Of a stretch of 64,000 nt of DNA, positions 12,104 through 25,991 are shown piece after piece (the stretch's first letter is position 1; each line of letters begins with the position of its first letter). The notes under the pieces were generated by a model. The model had not been told where the DNA came from. It was given only the letters and a program-made list of their open reading frames with translations, and did not search any database. The stretch comes from Lama guanicoe (Eukaryota). A program made the position numbers and the translations under genes. The DNA is taken from positions 2,240,607-2,304,606 of the forward strand of contig MU053504.1 in assembly GCA_013239625.1 (NCBI GenBank), in the 5' to 3' direction.

Positions 12104-12145
12104 CTCATGTAAATTCAGTTCTTTTACTTTCTCTTTTAATATAAC
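12104..12145 (-). CDS. RNF24: RNF24 exon 4 (VILKEKVKELNLHE)
   Basis: ttacag acceptor, gtaagt donor, 42 nt, phase 0-0. Confidence 0.96.
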
Positions 12146-13726
12146 CTGTAAGACAAAAAGTATGCTCTTATGCCCACTTACATCTATAATTTAAAAAGTT
12201 TCTCATTATACTCACAAATATTTTTCTTTTGTGTATATAGCTTATTTTCCCTCATATTCAGTATTGGAGAGAATCTCTTTTACAGTTTGAGACAGAACAT
12301 TTTAGCAACATTCTTTTAACTTGAGCAATGATGCAATATTCTCCTGAAAAGCAATTTTAAAATCTCTTTGAGAATATATTAAATTTTGGGAAAAGACATT
12401 GACACATGCCTATCTGGAGTTAAGTGCTAATATGGGCGGAAAATAAATGAGATTGCTTGCCTTATGATTTAGTAAAACACAGTATTGGCTTGTGGGATTG
12501 ACTGATAACTTATAAAAGATTAAAAAGTAAGTCAATTGTTATTTTGAAAGTTTTGCTTATTATTATATATCATGATCCTCAGAAAATTTTATGTTATGTA
12601 AAATGGGCTTAAAGTTCATCCAGGTGCTGTCCCCAATCTGACTTTGTGGTGACTGGCTGTCAGTTAAAAGGAATATAAAATGAAAAGAAGGCAGATTACT
12701 ATTTTAAAAGAATATTTCTAAGAATAAACTTAGTTTACTAGAGTTATATTTCATTTTAAAGTGAAAAAACGGGCAAGTGAAATTTGGGGAAAATTTCTAA
12801 ATCTTGAGTATCTAAACCAAAAATCGTTTTGAGGACAAGTCATATTTCCAGAAATAGCAACCAGAAACTACCATCCAGCTAAGCAGGGATGTACTAAATT
12901 TCCAATTCAGTGTGTGTGTGTATGTATGTATGTATGTAGATATACACATATACACATACACTTTTTTTTCTCATTCAGTATATTTTAAAGACCATTTTTG
13001 CCATCTGTCTTGTGACTTAATTATTTCTATCAATCTCACCTTTTAAATGACCACCATGGCCAATTTTAATCTCTAGTTAGCTTACATTCAAATATCTTGC
13101 AGGTTGTCAAGATGATGATAGAACTGAGACAAAAGGATTCATTCATTTAGAAAACTAAAACATTCATTTCTTTACATGAATCCCACATAAGACCCATGGG
13201 GAAGAATGGACATCTAAGGAGCTCACCATTGAGTTCAGATTTCAGAGACACACAAAAGATGGACAAAAAGATATGGGATCCTAAAATGATTACATGGCTC
13301 TGTAACATGAGCGTCAGCAAGATTAAAGACCCAAATAAACTGAAGCTTGCCCTCCCAACCCCCTCCCCCACAAATGGCTACAGACAACAAAAATAGTTTT
13401 ATGCTTAGGGTCAAAAGAAAATTAAGGAACACTTAGGCCCACTGTTTGGTGTCAGTGGTAAATATTAACAGATAACACATGTAACAAATTTTACTGGCTT
13501 TCAAGAAAAGCTAAATTATTACCTTAAGTAACAAATCAGCAAAGGGATAGTACAAAGGGCTGGGGGTTAACAGGAATGATCCAAGTATTTGAACTTCTAA
13601 TGGTGTGATGTGAGCTAACATTTAAAATACAAAGGGGAGGACATGAGATCACTATAATATAGCTGGTTACCTCTGAGGAACTAGTATGTCTTCTAATAAA
13701 GAAGGAGGTAAAAAATTCATTTAACT

Positions 13727-13860
13727 GGGGAGGAGGGTATAGCTCAGTGGTAGTGTGCATGCTTAGCATGTACAAGGATCTGGGTTCAATCCCCAGGACC
13801 TCCATTAACTAAATACATAAATATATCTAATTACCTACTCCCACTAAAAAAAATAACAAC
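13727..13860 (+). mobile_element. tRNA-derived SINE (camelid vic-1-like)
   Basis: ggggaggagggtatagctcagtggtag...gggttcaatcccc; TSD aaaaattcatttaa at 13711-13724 and 13861-13874. Confidence 0.9.
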
Positions 13861-14188
13861 AAAAATTCATTTAATGGAATCTCTGAACTCCATTTAGGGT
13901 AACAGTAACAGTAAGGATTTTAAGCTACAGCATTTCCTTTTAGCAAAATGTTGGCCAAAGTTCCCTGTTAAATTATTTTATCATCTGAACTTTCTATAAC
14001 TTCAAGTAATACTTAAGAAGGAAAAGAATACTTGAAGTGAAGTTGATCTATTTTGTAATGCAAACTGGCAAGCAAAATACTAAAATGAACACAAGTAAAT
14101 CCAATCCCAGTTTAAAATATGAATGGAACTCCAAATTCTCATTTTAGGTAAGAAACATCAAAGCCAATCTTAAGTAAATCTTGCTCAC

Positions 14189-14231
14189 CTGTTTGTAGGC
14201 ATAAAATTCTTTGTGTGCTTGATGTCTTAGC
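14189..14231 (-). CDS. RNF24: RNF24 exon 3 (R/LRHQAHKEFYAYKQ)
   Basis: ttttag acceptor, gtgagc donor, 43 nt, frame consistent with exons 2 and 4. Confidence 0.96.
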
Positions 14232-15830
14232 CTAAAAGACAGAAATGAGCAATGCAATATTGAGATTTCTAATACAACAATTTGAAAAAAAATTTAATTG
14301 CTGATTTTTGGTATTAATTTATATCATTTATGGTTTTAAATCCAGAATCTTTATTCTAGAATACACCCAAATGACATATCTGTTACATGTTATAAGAAAG
14401 TGAACAGTGAACTATAAAATGTTATCCAAATATATAAGTTCAAGTAAAATCTTGTTAAAACAAAAGATCAACTATTTTAATGAAGACGCCTCAATTCTTT
14501 TTTTAGTGATGACAGCCTACATATTCCAATATTTATCACATTTTTCTTAATTAAAGAATTGAAGTATAACATATACCTAATAATGTACATAAGCCTTAAG
14601 AATATAGATATTAAAAATAATTTTATGTATGTATACATACACAACAGTGCAACTGTCACCCAGATCAATACACAGAACATTTCTAGCATCCCTCAAATGA
14701 CACTTCCCAATCAATGTCCATTCCAAACACTATCCTACTTTTTATCGTTGTAGATTAACTATGCTTATTTTTGAACTACATAAATGGATCATTTCGGTAT
14801 ATACTCTTTTGGCTTCCTTCAGTCAACAGTTACTTGTGGAATTCATCCAGGTTGTTGGGGTAATTATCTTGTTGACTGACATACATTGTTTCTTTGTATG
14901 AATGAACATAAAGCTATTTATTTATCCATTCTACTGTTGACAAATATTTAGGTTACTTCCAGTTTTGGGCTATTATGACTAAAACTGTTATACAAATTCT
15001 TGTACACGTCTTTCAGTGGACATATACACTCACTGCTGTCGAGCATATGCTCAGGAGTAGAACTCCTAGTTCAAAGCACTTGTAGCAATTTCTACTCCTA
15101 TAGGCAATGCATGAAAGCTCTAGTTGTTCCACAGCTTTGCCACTGCTTGGTAGGGTCAGTTTAAAATTTTTTAGCCAATCTGGTGGGTGTTCAGTGGTAT
15201 CCCATTTTGGTTTTAATTTTGCATTTCCCAAATAATGTTTAGGGCCCTTTCATATGTTTATTGCCCATTTGAGTATCTTCTTTTATGAAATGCCTGTTTT
15301 AAGTCTGTTGTCCATTTAAAAAAATGAGTTGGCTATCTTTTTTCATATTGATTGTAGGAGTTCTTTAAACATTTTAGATCCAAGTTCTATGCTGGGTCTA
15401 TGTATTGCAACTATCTTCTCCTACTCTATTGCTTGCCTTTTCATTCTCTTAATGTTATCTTTTGATGAACTGAAGCTTTTAAGTCAAACTTGTCAACTCT
15501 TCCCAATATCAGCTCTTTTTGTGTGCAGTTAAAGCAATCTGCCTACTCCCAGATCATGAAGATACTCTTTTGTGTGTGTTGTGAAAATAATGTTATTTTA
15601 CATGTCATATTTAGGTCTATGATCCATTTGAAATTAGTCTTTATATACGACGCGAGGCAGGGGTCAAGATTCTTTTTATCTACATGCAGACTTTCATTTG
15701 ATTCATTTATTAAAAAGATCCACCTTTCCCCATTGTGTTGCAATGGCACATCTGTTGTAAGTCAGACCCAGTATGTGGTTGTATTTCTAGAGTTTCTATT
15801 CTGTTCCATTGGTTTATTTTCCCATCCTTG

Positions 15831-16269
15831 TGTACAGGGTTGAACAGTGTCTCCTCAAAAATTCATGTCAAACTGCTACCTCCAAATGAAATCTTATTTA
15901 GAAACAGAGTCTTTGCAGGCTACTTATTAGTTAAAACGAGGTCATATTAGGATTAGGGTAGACCCCAAATCCAGTATTACTGCTGTCCTTAGAACAAGAG
16001 GAGAGGACACGTGGAGACACAGGGAAGAAGCCCAGGTGAAGACAGAGGCGGAGACCGAAGGGATGCAGCTACAAGCCAAAGAGGATCAAAGATTGCTGAT
16101 AACCACCAGGACCTAAGAAGAGGCAAGGAAGGGTCCTCCCCTAGATAGCCTTCAGAGGTAGCATGGTCCTGCCAGCACCTTAATTTTGAACTTTCAGCCT
16201 TAAATTTCTGTTGTTTTAAGCCATCTGGCTTGTGGTACTGTGTTACAAAAGCTCTGGGAAACTAACGCA
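15831..16269 (+). mobile_element. MaLR solo LTR (MLT1-type) inserted in L1
   Basis: TG...CA ends, MLT1 motif aaatttctgttgttttaagcca, near-perfect 5-bp TSD ccttg/ctttg. Confidence 0.85.
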
Positions 16270-18595
16270 CTTTGTGTCAATACCATGCCAGTTTTTAAAA
16301 TAAACGTTTATTTTGAAATAATCTTTGACTTAGACAAGTTGCAAAAAATATCAGAGTTCACATACTTCTCTCTCTGGTTTTCCAACACTCACATTTTACA
16401 CAACCATAGTACAATGATCAAAACCAGGAAATTTACACTGATATTTTGATATTAATATTTGTACAATATTAATTAAACATTTTATTCAAATTTCACTAGT
16501 TTTTTCCACTAATGTCCTTTTCCTGTTTTGTGATCCAATCCAAGATCCCACTTTGCATCTAGTTATGGCTCCTTAGCTTCCTCCGATTTGTGGTAGTTCC
16601 GCAGTTTTTCCTTGTTTTTCAAGATTTTGATCACTTGGTTATGGCAGTGTCCACCGGGTCTCTCTACAGTAAAGTTACTATTTTCCCCTTTGTAACTGAT
16701 CAATATCTTGGGGAAGAGATGTTGAATCAATGCAAATGTCCTATTTTTTCTCAAGCTTTTTGCTCACTTGATTTTAGCACCCATCTTGCCTACAACTGTA
16801 GTGTTTGCCTGGTGGTGGTTTTGTAGTTACCTAAATCCTTGTACATTTATTAACTGGAGTTCTTCTGTAAGGAAGAGATGTCCCTTCTTCCTCATTCATT
16901 TATATCAGCATGGACTCATGGATATTTGTTTTAGTCTATGGTTATAATTCAATATTATCATTTATTTTGTTGTTCAAATTGATTTAGGCTTTTAGGTGCT
17001 CCTTTAGGTTGAGTCTTGTGTCCCTTCAACATGCCCTCATCCTTTTCCATGCATTTCCTTGCTTACTGGCACCAAAAGATGTTACAGGCTTATTTGTATT
17101 TTCCTTGCTCTACTTGTGGAATTAACTGTTTCTTCCAAAGAGCCTTGGTTCTTTTCATTGGAGAATAATATTAGAAACCAAGACCTGGGTGCTAAGTGAA
17201 TAGTACTGGAGCTTTGTAACAAGTCTTGGGGTCCAGCAGTGTTAAGTCCTTAAGCTTTGTTCTTCTTAACTATCTTAGCCATTCTTGGTCTTCTGCATTT
17301 CCATGTAAATTTCATGAGCTTGTCAATTTCCAGAAAACATGTTAGGGTTTTGATCATGATTGTGTTTAATTTAGAGATCAGTTGGGGGAAGAACTGACAT
17401 CTTTGCAAGGGAGTGAGTTTCCAACCCGTGAACACATCATACTCTATTTACCAGAGCTTCCTTCTCTGCACACGTTCCTACGTAGAACACTTATATATCC
17501 TTCAAATTTATTCCTAGATATTTGGAAAGTTTTGATCTACTATAAATGGCGTTTAAAAAATTTTAATTTTCTAAATCTTTGTTGCTACTACATAGAAAAA
17601 ACCCTCAATTTCTGCATATTGATCCTTTATCTAGTGACTTGCTCAGTTCACTTACTAAATGTAAATATTTCATCTGCAGAATCTTTTGGATTTTTAATAT
17701 ATACATTTTGTCTGCAAATAGTAACACTCTAAACTCTGCCTATTTAATCTTAACATATTTTGCTTCTTTATTCTTTATTTCACTTCTTTTCCTTTCTTCT
17801 TTTTTCCTGCACTGGCTAGGGCTTCCAGTACAATGTGAAGTAAAAGTGGTGATAGTGAATGTCCTTATCAATATGTTACTATAAAGTACGATGTTACTAT
17901 TAAGTATGATTTTTTGGTAGATATTCTTGATTCAAATAAACAAAATTCCCTTATATCCTAGTTTTAGATTAAAAAAATCATGAATATACTTTAATTTTTA
18001 TCAAATGCTTTTTTCACCCCCCCCCTTTTTTTTTACTGTTAACGTGGTATATTGTACTGACTGATTTTTGAATGTTAAAACAACCTTCATTCCTGAACAA
18101 ATCCCATTTGGTTGTGATGTACTACCCTTCTGTACATCCCTAAACTTGATTTACTAATATTTTGTTCATGAGAGAGATTAGTCTATATCTGTAATTTCCT
18201 TTCTTGTAATGTTCTTGCCAAGCTTTGGAATCAAAATTATCTGGCCTCATATGAGTTGAGAAGTATTTCTTCTACTTCTGTTCTCTGGAAAAGTCATATA
18301 AGAGTAGTATTTTTTCCTTAAATGTTTGGAGGAATTCACTGGTGAAGCTACCTGGCTTGCAGTTTCTTTGCAGGAATGCTTTAATAAATAACACAATTTC
18401 TTACTAGATATATAATTATTAATGTTTCTATTTTTTCCTGAGTCAGATTTTTAAAAAGTTACTTTTCTTTATTGTATCACATAACATACAATTAACCATC
18501 TTACAGTGTATAATTCAGTGGTATTTCGTGTATCACAATGTTGTGCAACCACCAGTTTTCTTTAGTTTCAAAACTTTTTCATCAGAAAACATCTG

Positions 18596-18690
18596 AGGGC
18601 ATGGGGGGTATAGTTCAGTGATAAAGCACATGCTTAGCACACACGAGGTCCTGGGTTTAATTCCCTATACCTCCATTAAAAAAAAAAAGC
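18596..18690 (+). mobile_element. tRNA-derived SINE (camelid vic-1-like) nested in L1
   Basis: tRNA-like head and A tail; 14-bp TSD tcagaaaacatctg at 18582-18595 and 18691-18704. Confidence 0.88.
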
Positions 18691-21600
18691 TCAGAAAACA
18701 TCTGGTACTCATTAAGTAGTTGCTCCCCATTCCCCCATCTCTGGCAATCTCTAATCTGCTTTCTGTCTCTCTGGATTTGTTTAGATATATTACATTAAAA
18801 GAAACTGTACGTGACCCCTTTCTCTCTGGCTTTTCATTTAGCATGTTTTCAAGGCTGTTCCTACTTGTAGTATGTATCAGTACTTCCCTCCTTTTTATGG
18901 CTGACATTTCACTGTATGTATATGCCACAATTTGTTGGTCCATTCATTTGTTGATGAGCATTTGGGTTGTTTATACCTTTTGGCCATTATGAATAATGCT
19001 ATAAAAAAGCACTGTGTACAAACTTCTGTGTGGACATCTCTCTTCATCTGTCTTGGGGATACACCTAAGTGAAATCTCTGAGTCATGTGGTAATTCTGTG
19101 TTTAACTTTGGAAGGAACTGCTGAACTCTTCCATAGCAGCTGTACTGTTTTACATTCCCACCAGCAATGTATGAGGGTTCCTAGTCCTCCACATTCTAGC
19201 TAACACTTAAAACTTTGCATATTTTTAAATACGGCATCCTAGCAGTTGTGAAGTGGTATCTTACTGTAGTTTTAATTTGCATTTCCTTAATGACCAATGC
19301 TGCTGAACATCTTTTCATGTGCTTGTTTGCCATCTGTATATTTTCTTTGCAGAAATGGCTATTTAAGTCCTTTATCTGCTTTTAAATTCAGTTGTCTTTT
19401 TGTTGTTGAGTTGTAAGAGTTTTATACACACACACACACACATATTCTGGATATTAAAACCCTTATCAGATATATGTGATTTGCAGATATTTCTCTCCCA
19501 TTCTGTAGGTTGTTTTTTTAACTTTCTTGATAATGTTCTTTGATACACAAATATTTTTAATTTTTATAAGTTCAATTAATCTATTTTGTCTTTTGTTGCT
19601 TGTGCTTTTGGTGTCAATTCTAAGAATCCATTGTAATTCGAGGTCATGAAAATTTCCTCCTGTTTTTCCTCCAAGAGTTTTATAGTTTTAGCTCTTACAT
19701 TTAGGTCGCTGATTTATTTTTTGAGTTAATTTTTATGTAGGAAATGAGATAGGGGTTGAACTTCATTCTTTTACAGGTATCATTCAGTTGTTTCACCTTT
19801 GAAGAGACTACTCTCTCCCCACTAAACTGTGGCACCCTGATCAAAAATCAATAGGCCACAGATGTTTGGGTTTATTTCTGGACTCTCAATTCTACTTCAG
19901 TGTCTATTCCTATGCCAGTACCATACGTTTTAATTACTGTAGCTTTGAAGTAAGATTTGAAATTGCAAAGTGTGAGTCTTCTACTATGTTTTTCCTTTTC
20001 AGTACTGCTTTGGCTATTTGGGGCCCCTTGCGGTTCTAAATGAATTGAGGAGCAGTTTCTCCATTTCTGCATAAAAGGTTATTGTAATTTTGATAGCGTT
20101 TGCATTGAATCTGTAGGTTGCTTTGAGGAGTATTGGCATCTTAATAATATTAAGTCTTCTAATCCATGAACATAGGATGTCTTTCCATTTATTTAGGTCT
20201 TCTTTATTTTAGCAGTATTTTGTAATTTTCAGCGTACAAGTCTTTCATTTCCTTGGTTAAATTTATTTCTAGGAATTTTATTCTTTCGGATGCTATTCCA
20301 AATGTTTCGTTTATTTCCTTTTCAGATTGTCCCTTGCTAGAGTACAGAAATATAACTGATTTTTTTTTTTTTGGTGTTGATTTTGTATTCTCAAAGTTAT
20401 TTTGTTTACGAGTTGTAGATTTTTTTTTTTGGTGTGGATTCTATGGGAATGTCTATATATAGAATCATGTCATCTGCAAAAAGAGATAGTTTACTTCTTT
20501 TTTTCCAGTTGGATGCCCTGTATTTCTTTGTTGCCTAACTGCTCTGGCTAGAACTTCTAGTACAAAGATGAATAGCAGTGGTGAAAACGGGTATCTTTGT
20601 CTTGTTCCAGATCTTATAGGGAAAGCTTTCAGTTTTTCACCATTGAGTACGATATTAATTGTGGTTTTTTCATAAATTCTATTTCTTATGTCAGTTTTAA
20701 TGTGCTATATTTTTTTCTAGAAAAATGTCTAATTCAACTAAAACTTCAAGTTTATTGGTATAAAGTTGTTTATAATATCCTTTGCAATCTTTTTAATGTT
20801 TGTAGAATTTGTAGTAATGCCCCCCCTTTCATTTCTGATATTACTAAATTTATGTTTTCTCTTCTTTTCCTGGACATCTTCCTAGAAATTCATCAATTTT
20901 GTTAATCTTTTAAGAATCAGCTTTTGATTTCAATAATTTTATTATAAATTTATTTTCTATTTCATTGGTTTTTGTGCTTCGCTTTTTAATTTTCTTCCTT
21001 CTATTTTCTTTTGGATTTAATTGACTTTTTCTAGTTTCATAAAAGGAAAATTCATATGAATGGTGTTCAGTCTTTCTTGTCTAATACATGATTTCAAAAC
21101 TATAAATTTCTCCTAATTAGCCCAAATTTATTAATCATGTAATTCAAATCTTCCATATCCTTACTTTTTTTTTGTCTTCTTGTTTTACTGAGAGAAATGT
21201 AGAGTACATTTTCATATAAATGCATAAAATTAACTTCATTAGAGTTCATTAAAATGAGGCCATATTTGTAAATTTATTTTGCTTATTTGACTCTTTCAGT
21301 GGGATCTATATATTTTCACAAAGCATCATTACTTCCAGTCACAGGACTGGTCAATCTGTGTTCACCTTTTTCTTCAACCCATGGCTCAAAAATTAATCTC
21401 TTCTAGAAATTCCTACTTAAATTAATGTCATCCTTCTGATTATTCCTTTACTCTAAGTCCACTAATTATCTAATATTTCAAATTGCACCATTTTATTTTG
21501 CATTTGTTACGCATTTAACACAAACATATTTTTGCTATTCCTTCCTATAAACATATTGGTAATATAGATTATGACTTATTTGGTGAAAGGAGGTAAAAAT

Positions 21601-21811
21601 GAGGAATATTTTTTATTTCCTTTTTCTTAAGTACCATGTTACTCATTAAAAGAAAAGTATGTACTGACTTCATTAAAAAATTCCAGGCTCAAAAAAAAGT
21701 TTATATTGTAAATCAACTATACTTCAATAAAAAAAGTTTTAGAATATCTTCAATATGTTCTTTGAAATGTTTATTTGAAATGAAGCCTGATAAATATAAC
21801 CATTATTTTTT

Positions 21812-21970
21812 AAGTAGTTAAGAGCATATGCTCTAGAGTCAGACACAACTGGGTTTGAGTCCCAGCTCTAACCATCTTTTTTTTCTCTGTGTGACTGTAG
21901 GAAAATAATTTAACTTCTGTAAAATACAGCATATGGTCTGGCATATAGTATGTACTTAATAAATACTGGT
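21812..21970 (+). mobile_element. MIR SINE fragment
   Basis: gtagttaagagca...gagtcagacacaactgggtttgagtcccagctct...tgtgact MIR core. Confidence 0.7.
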
Positions 21971-24057
21971 TTCTAAAAAAGTAACTGAGAGGTCATAATT
22001 AACAATGCTGAAGAGTGCTGGGAAAAAAATGATAAAACCATGGAGCTTATGGTCACTACAAATCTGTAGTCTCCATGCTCAGCTAGATCCTCCACACTGC
22101 TCTCTGATTCTACCAATTCATGCTGAATATCCTAAGCGTCCATGCCATAGTCATTTCAAACACTAGACACTCTCTTCAAGCTTTATCTTACCACCTCCTT
22201 CCCCATGCTTTTCAACTACTTTTCAGAGAAAGAAAGATGTTTTCAGGTAAGCAGCTCTCTTGCTCCCAACTCCACATACCTATATGTGTACTGTTTTCCA
22301 CAGTTACCTTCACCTCTGTCTTAAGAAGGTATTCTCCTATTTAGGGCCAATACTGATGTAATTTTTAGGTATGTCTCTTCTCGCCTCCATGATTCATTCT
22401 TTCTCACAAATCCTCTACAATTAGTTTTTTCTCCTTAGTATTATATTTATACATATGCCTAAATCTCTATCTTAAAAAAACCCAAACACCAAAACACTTC
22501 CTTAATTTACAGCAAACTGCACTCCCCAACTCTGATCTTTTCTTAGCCAATATTCTTCAAAGAGGAAGTTACATTCTTTGTATCCATTTTCACCTGCTGG
22601 TGAGACTTTGTCCCATTATAACTCGCCTTTCATCACCTCTGTATCCATGCTACTGAAATCTTTCTAACCAAGACTATGGATGCAAAGCTAATTGTAAAGT
22701 GTAATGAGAAATTTTAAATTCTTCTTACTGGACTTCCCTGAGAACAGCTAACACAACTGTTCTGGATGTTTGGAATACAGCAAACAGAACAGACAGTCTA
22801 GGAAGAAAGATGAGTAACAAACATAAATTAGAATATTACATGATTCATTATAAAATAGGATGACTCCTAGCTATGCTATGAGGTCCTTTTTGTGCTACGG
22901 CTAATTCTATAATTAAAAAAAAAACTGAATATTTATATAACATTTATCAATCTAATATTAAAGAAATGTTAGAAAAAGGAAATTTCTGGAAATAAATAGA
23001 TCTTTAAAAAGTTTTTCCTGAATGATATAATTATATTAGCTAAGTATTTAATTTATTTATCTGAACAAGACCTAAAAATCATCAGCAGACAGCATATAAG
23101 GGGAAATTACATTTTTGAGAACTTCAGAAAAGATTCACTTTCTATAAAAATGTAAATTAACTTGTCAGAAAATTAGGAACTACATACAAAATTCATTCGA
23201 CTTTGACCATTAGTAAGTGAGTGCCTCCAAAACACTAGTGGCAAAAATGAATTATTGATGAAAGGTATCTGTTGATGGTATTTATCTTAACGATAATCAT
23301 ATATTATACAAACACTAAAAACTGTTAGATGTATACGCTATTTAATAAAATTAAATTCTCTTTTATTCCATAAAGCTCTTTGAATATAGTGTAAAATTTA
23401 TTATAGCCTCATTTTTGGCTTTGAAAATTAGGCCCTACTTAAAAACTTAAAAAGAAAAAAACGATTGCTTAAACAATTATGAGTCAGTCAACTATGAGTC
23501 TTTACTGTTCAAACTCATCATTCCTTCAAGTGGGTATTTTATCCTTTGTCACTTGTCTGTACATGTGCTATAGAACTTGTAGAGTATTTAGTCTTTTATG
23601 CAGATAATCAATCTTCTGAACACCTGATGAGTTCAGCAACAAATGGAAGCTTAAGATCTTCTTGAGAGACCACAAGAACCTGTTTAAAGGCTTGGATCTT
23701 GTTTTGGACACTGTTTTCTAATCCCTAATGATTTTAGCTAACAATGAGGCAACACCCTCCTGAAAAGCAATCCTGAAATTTCTGTGAAAGTAGATTAAAT
23801 CCTAGGGACAATGACATAGGTGTATCTGGGCCAGGTGCAAGTATGTTAGAAAAATAAATGAGGGCAATTTTCCCCTATAGTGTAAAACACCTCATCAGCA
23901 GGTAAGACTGAATAAAGGTGTTTTACTGATCAGTAACCCACAGCAGGTTAAATGTTAAGCCACCTTAATTTTAGAAAATTTGCTAATTATTATATTTATA
24001 AAAAATTTAATCTAAGGGTAGAACATATTTTGAAGCAACACAATGAAAATTGATTAC

Positions 24058-24200
24058 CTAATCAAGTAGCAACAGAAGAGTAAACTAAGGATGAAGACAA
24101 ATATAGCAGTGCCAAAAACCACAATATATATGTTGAGTGGCAGATTCTGAAATCCAATATTAGGCATCCTGAAGTTGTAATGCAGGAAATCCGAGCTCAT
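24058..24200 (-). CDS. RNF24: RNF24 exon 2 coding part ([48 protein letters not shown]), including the transmembrane helix
   Basis: Acceptor tag at 24210-24208, 7-nt UTR (24201-24207), ATG 24200-24198, donor gtaatc. Exon lengths 143+43+42+80+139 = 447 nt = 148 aa plus stop. Confidence 0.97.
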
Positions 24201-25991
24201 GGATGAACTAAGGAAAGAAAAGAATGGAAATAAGTTAGGTTACAAAGATGAGAACCAAGATAGCATTATCTTTGCACATGTACAGAGGCAAATTTTTTCT
24301 TAAGGCTTGACCCCATTTGAAACAATTATGATAGACAAAGGGTTAATATCCTTGTCATTAATCATGCCACAAATATTTATTGAGTACGTACTATGTACTT
24401 GGCACTATCCCAGAAGCTTGAGCTCCTACACGAAAAGCTTTATAAAAAGGTATTCATGGAGAGCTATTCCACTGAAATAATGCTAGTAATCAATATCAAT
24501 AAACATATGAAAAAGTTCAATCCCAAAGAAATGCAAAGGAAAAAAAAGGACAAGTGTCAAGATTTTAAAAACTCCTTAAACTTTAAAGTAATAATATTAA
24601 TAATGGTAAAATACTAGAAATAACTTAGATATCTCACAAGGAGATAATGATTAAATAATTATGTAGAGTCATGTTATAATATTGTTAGGTCATGTAAACC
24701 TGTTTTCAGTAAATTTTAACTTTTAATAAAGATACATGGGAAAAATGAATCAGGATATAGCTTGTATATAAAATATGATCCTGATTTTGTGAAAGGTTGA
24801 AAAAAAGGTAGATTATATATAATATATGTATGTGTGTGTGTAGCAGGAAAAAGTCTGAAAGCTAACAAATCAAATATTAACAGTGGCTTGTGGTTTACTA
24901 GTCATTTTGATTTTCTTCTTTAAAAAAAAACCCTTTATTAAGTCAGGCCCTGTTATAAGCATTTTATTGGCTTTATTTAATTTAATTCTCACATAAAACT
25001 TCTATAGGTAGGTACCATAATATGCCCCCATTTTATAGATATAGAGACTTTTGGCCACATAGTCATGACTGACCAAGTATGTATGGGGGCCAAGGCATGT
25101 ATCTTTTCCAATTAGTGTTTTGTTTTGTTTTGTTTTTGATAAATACCCAGGAGTGGAATTGCTGGTCACGCGGTAGCTCTAGTTTTAGTTTTTGGAGAAA
25201 CCTTCATACTGTTTTCCATAGTGGCTGCACCAATCTGCATTCCCATCAACAGTATACAAGGCTTCCCTTTTCTACACATCCTTGCCAACACTTGTTATTT
25301 GTAGTCTTTTTGATGATAGCCATTCTAACATGTGTGAGGTGATATCTCATTGTGGTTTTAATTTGCATTTCTCTGATGATTAACATTGTTGAGCATCTTT
25401 TCATGTGCCTGTTGACCACTTGTATGTCTTCTTTGGAAAAATGCCTATTCAGATCTGCCCATTTTTTAATTGAGTTGTTTGTTTTTTTGATATTGAGTTG
25501 TATGAGCTATTTATTTACTTTGGATATTAACCCCTTATCGGTCATATCATTTAGAAATATTTTCTCCCATTCAGTAGGTTATCTTTTTGCTTTGGGGATG
25601 GTTTCCTTTGCTGTGCTGTTTCTTTTTTTCTTGATATATGTACCACAATTTCCCTATCCATTCATCCACAGGTGGACATTTGGGTTCTCTCCACCTTTTG
25701 GCTGTTGTGAATAGTGCTGATATGAACATTTGTGTACAAGGATTTGCTTGAGTACCTGTCTTCACTTCTTTTGGGTATATTCCTAGGAGTGGAATTGCTG
25801 GGCTATATAATAATTCTACGTTTAACTTCTTGAGGAACCACCAAAATGTTTTCCACAGTGGCTGTATCATTTTATATTCCTACCAGCAATGTATGAGGGT
25901 TCAAATTTCTTCATATCCTTACTAACACTTGTTATTTCTGTGCTATTTTCAAAATATCCATCCTTGTGGGTGTGAAGTGGTATTTCATTAT

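Larger units (their letters stand above)
14540..21200 (-). mobile_element. Nested cluster of old L1 (L1M-type) fragments
   Basis: L1 3' ends and degenerate ORF2 remnants on the - strand (for example the peptides LDPCLASYIKTNFKWIIDLN and KFTWKCRRPRMAK). A younger L1 at about 18460-20680 is inserted into an older one. Confidence 0.85.

Noticed and set aside
13727..13805. tRNA gene (also 11804-11882, 18596-18675, 51677-51752)
   Set aside because: A and B boxes are present, but each copy has a TSD and/or A tail and a degenerate acceptor stem, so these are SINEs
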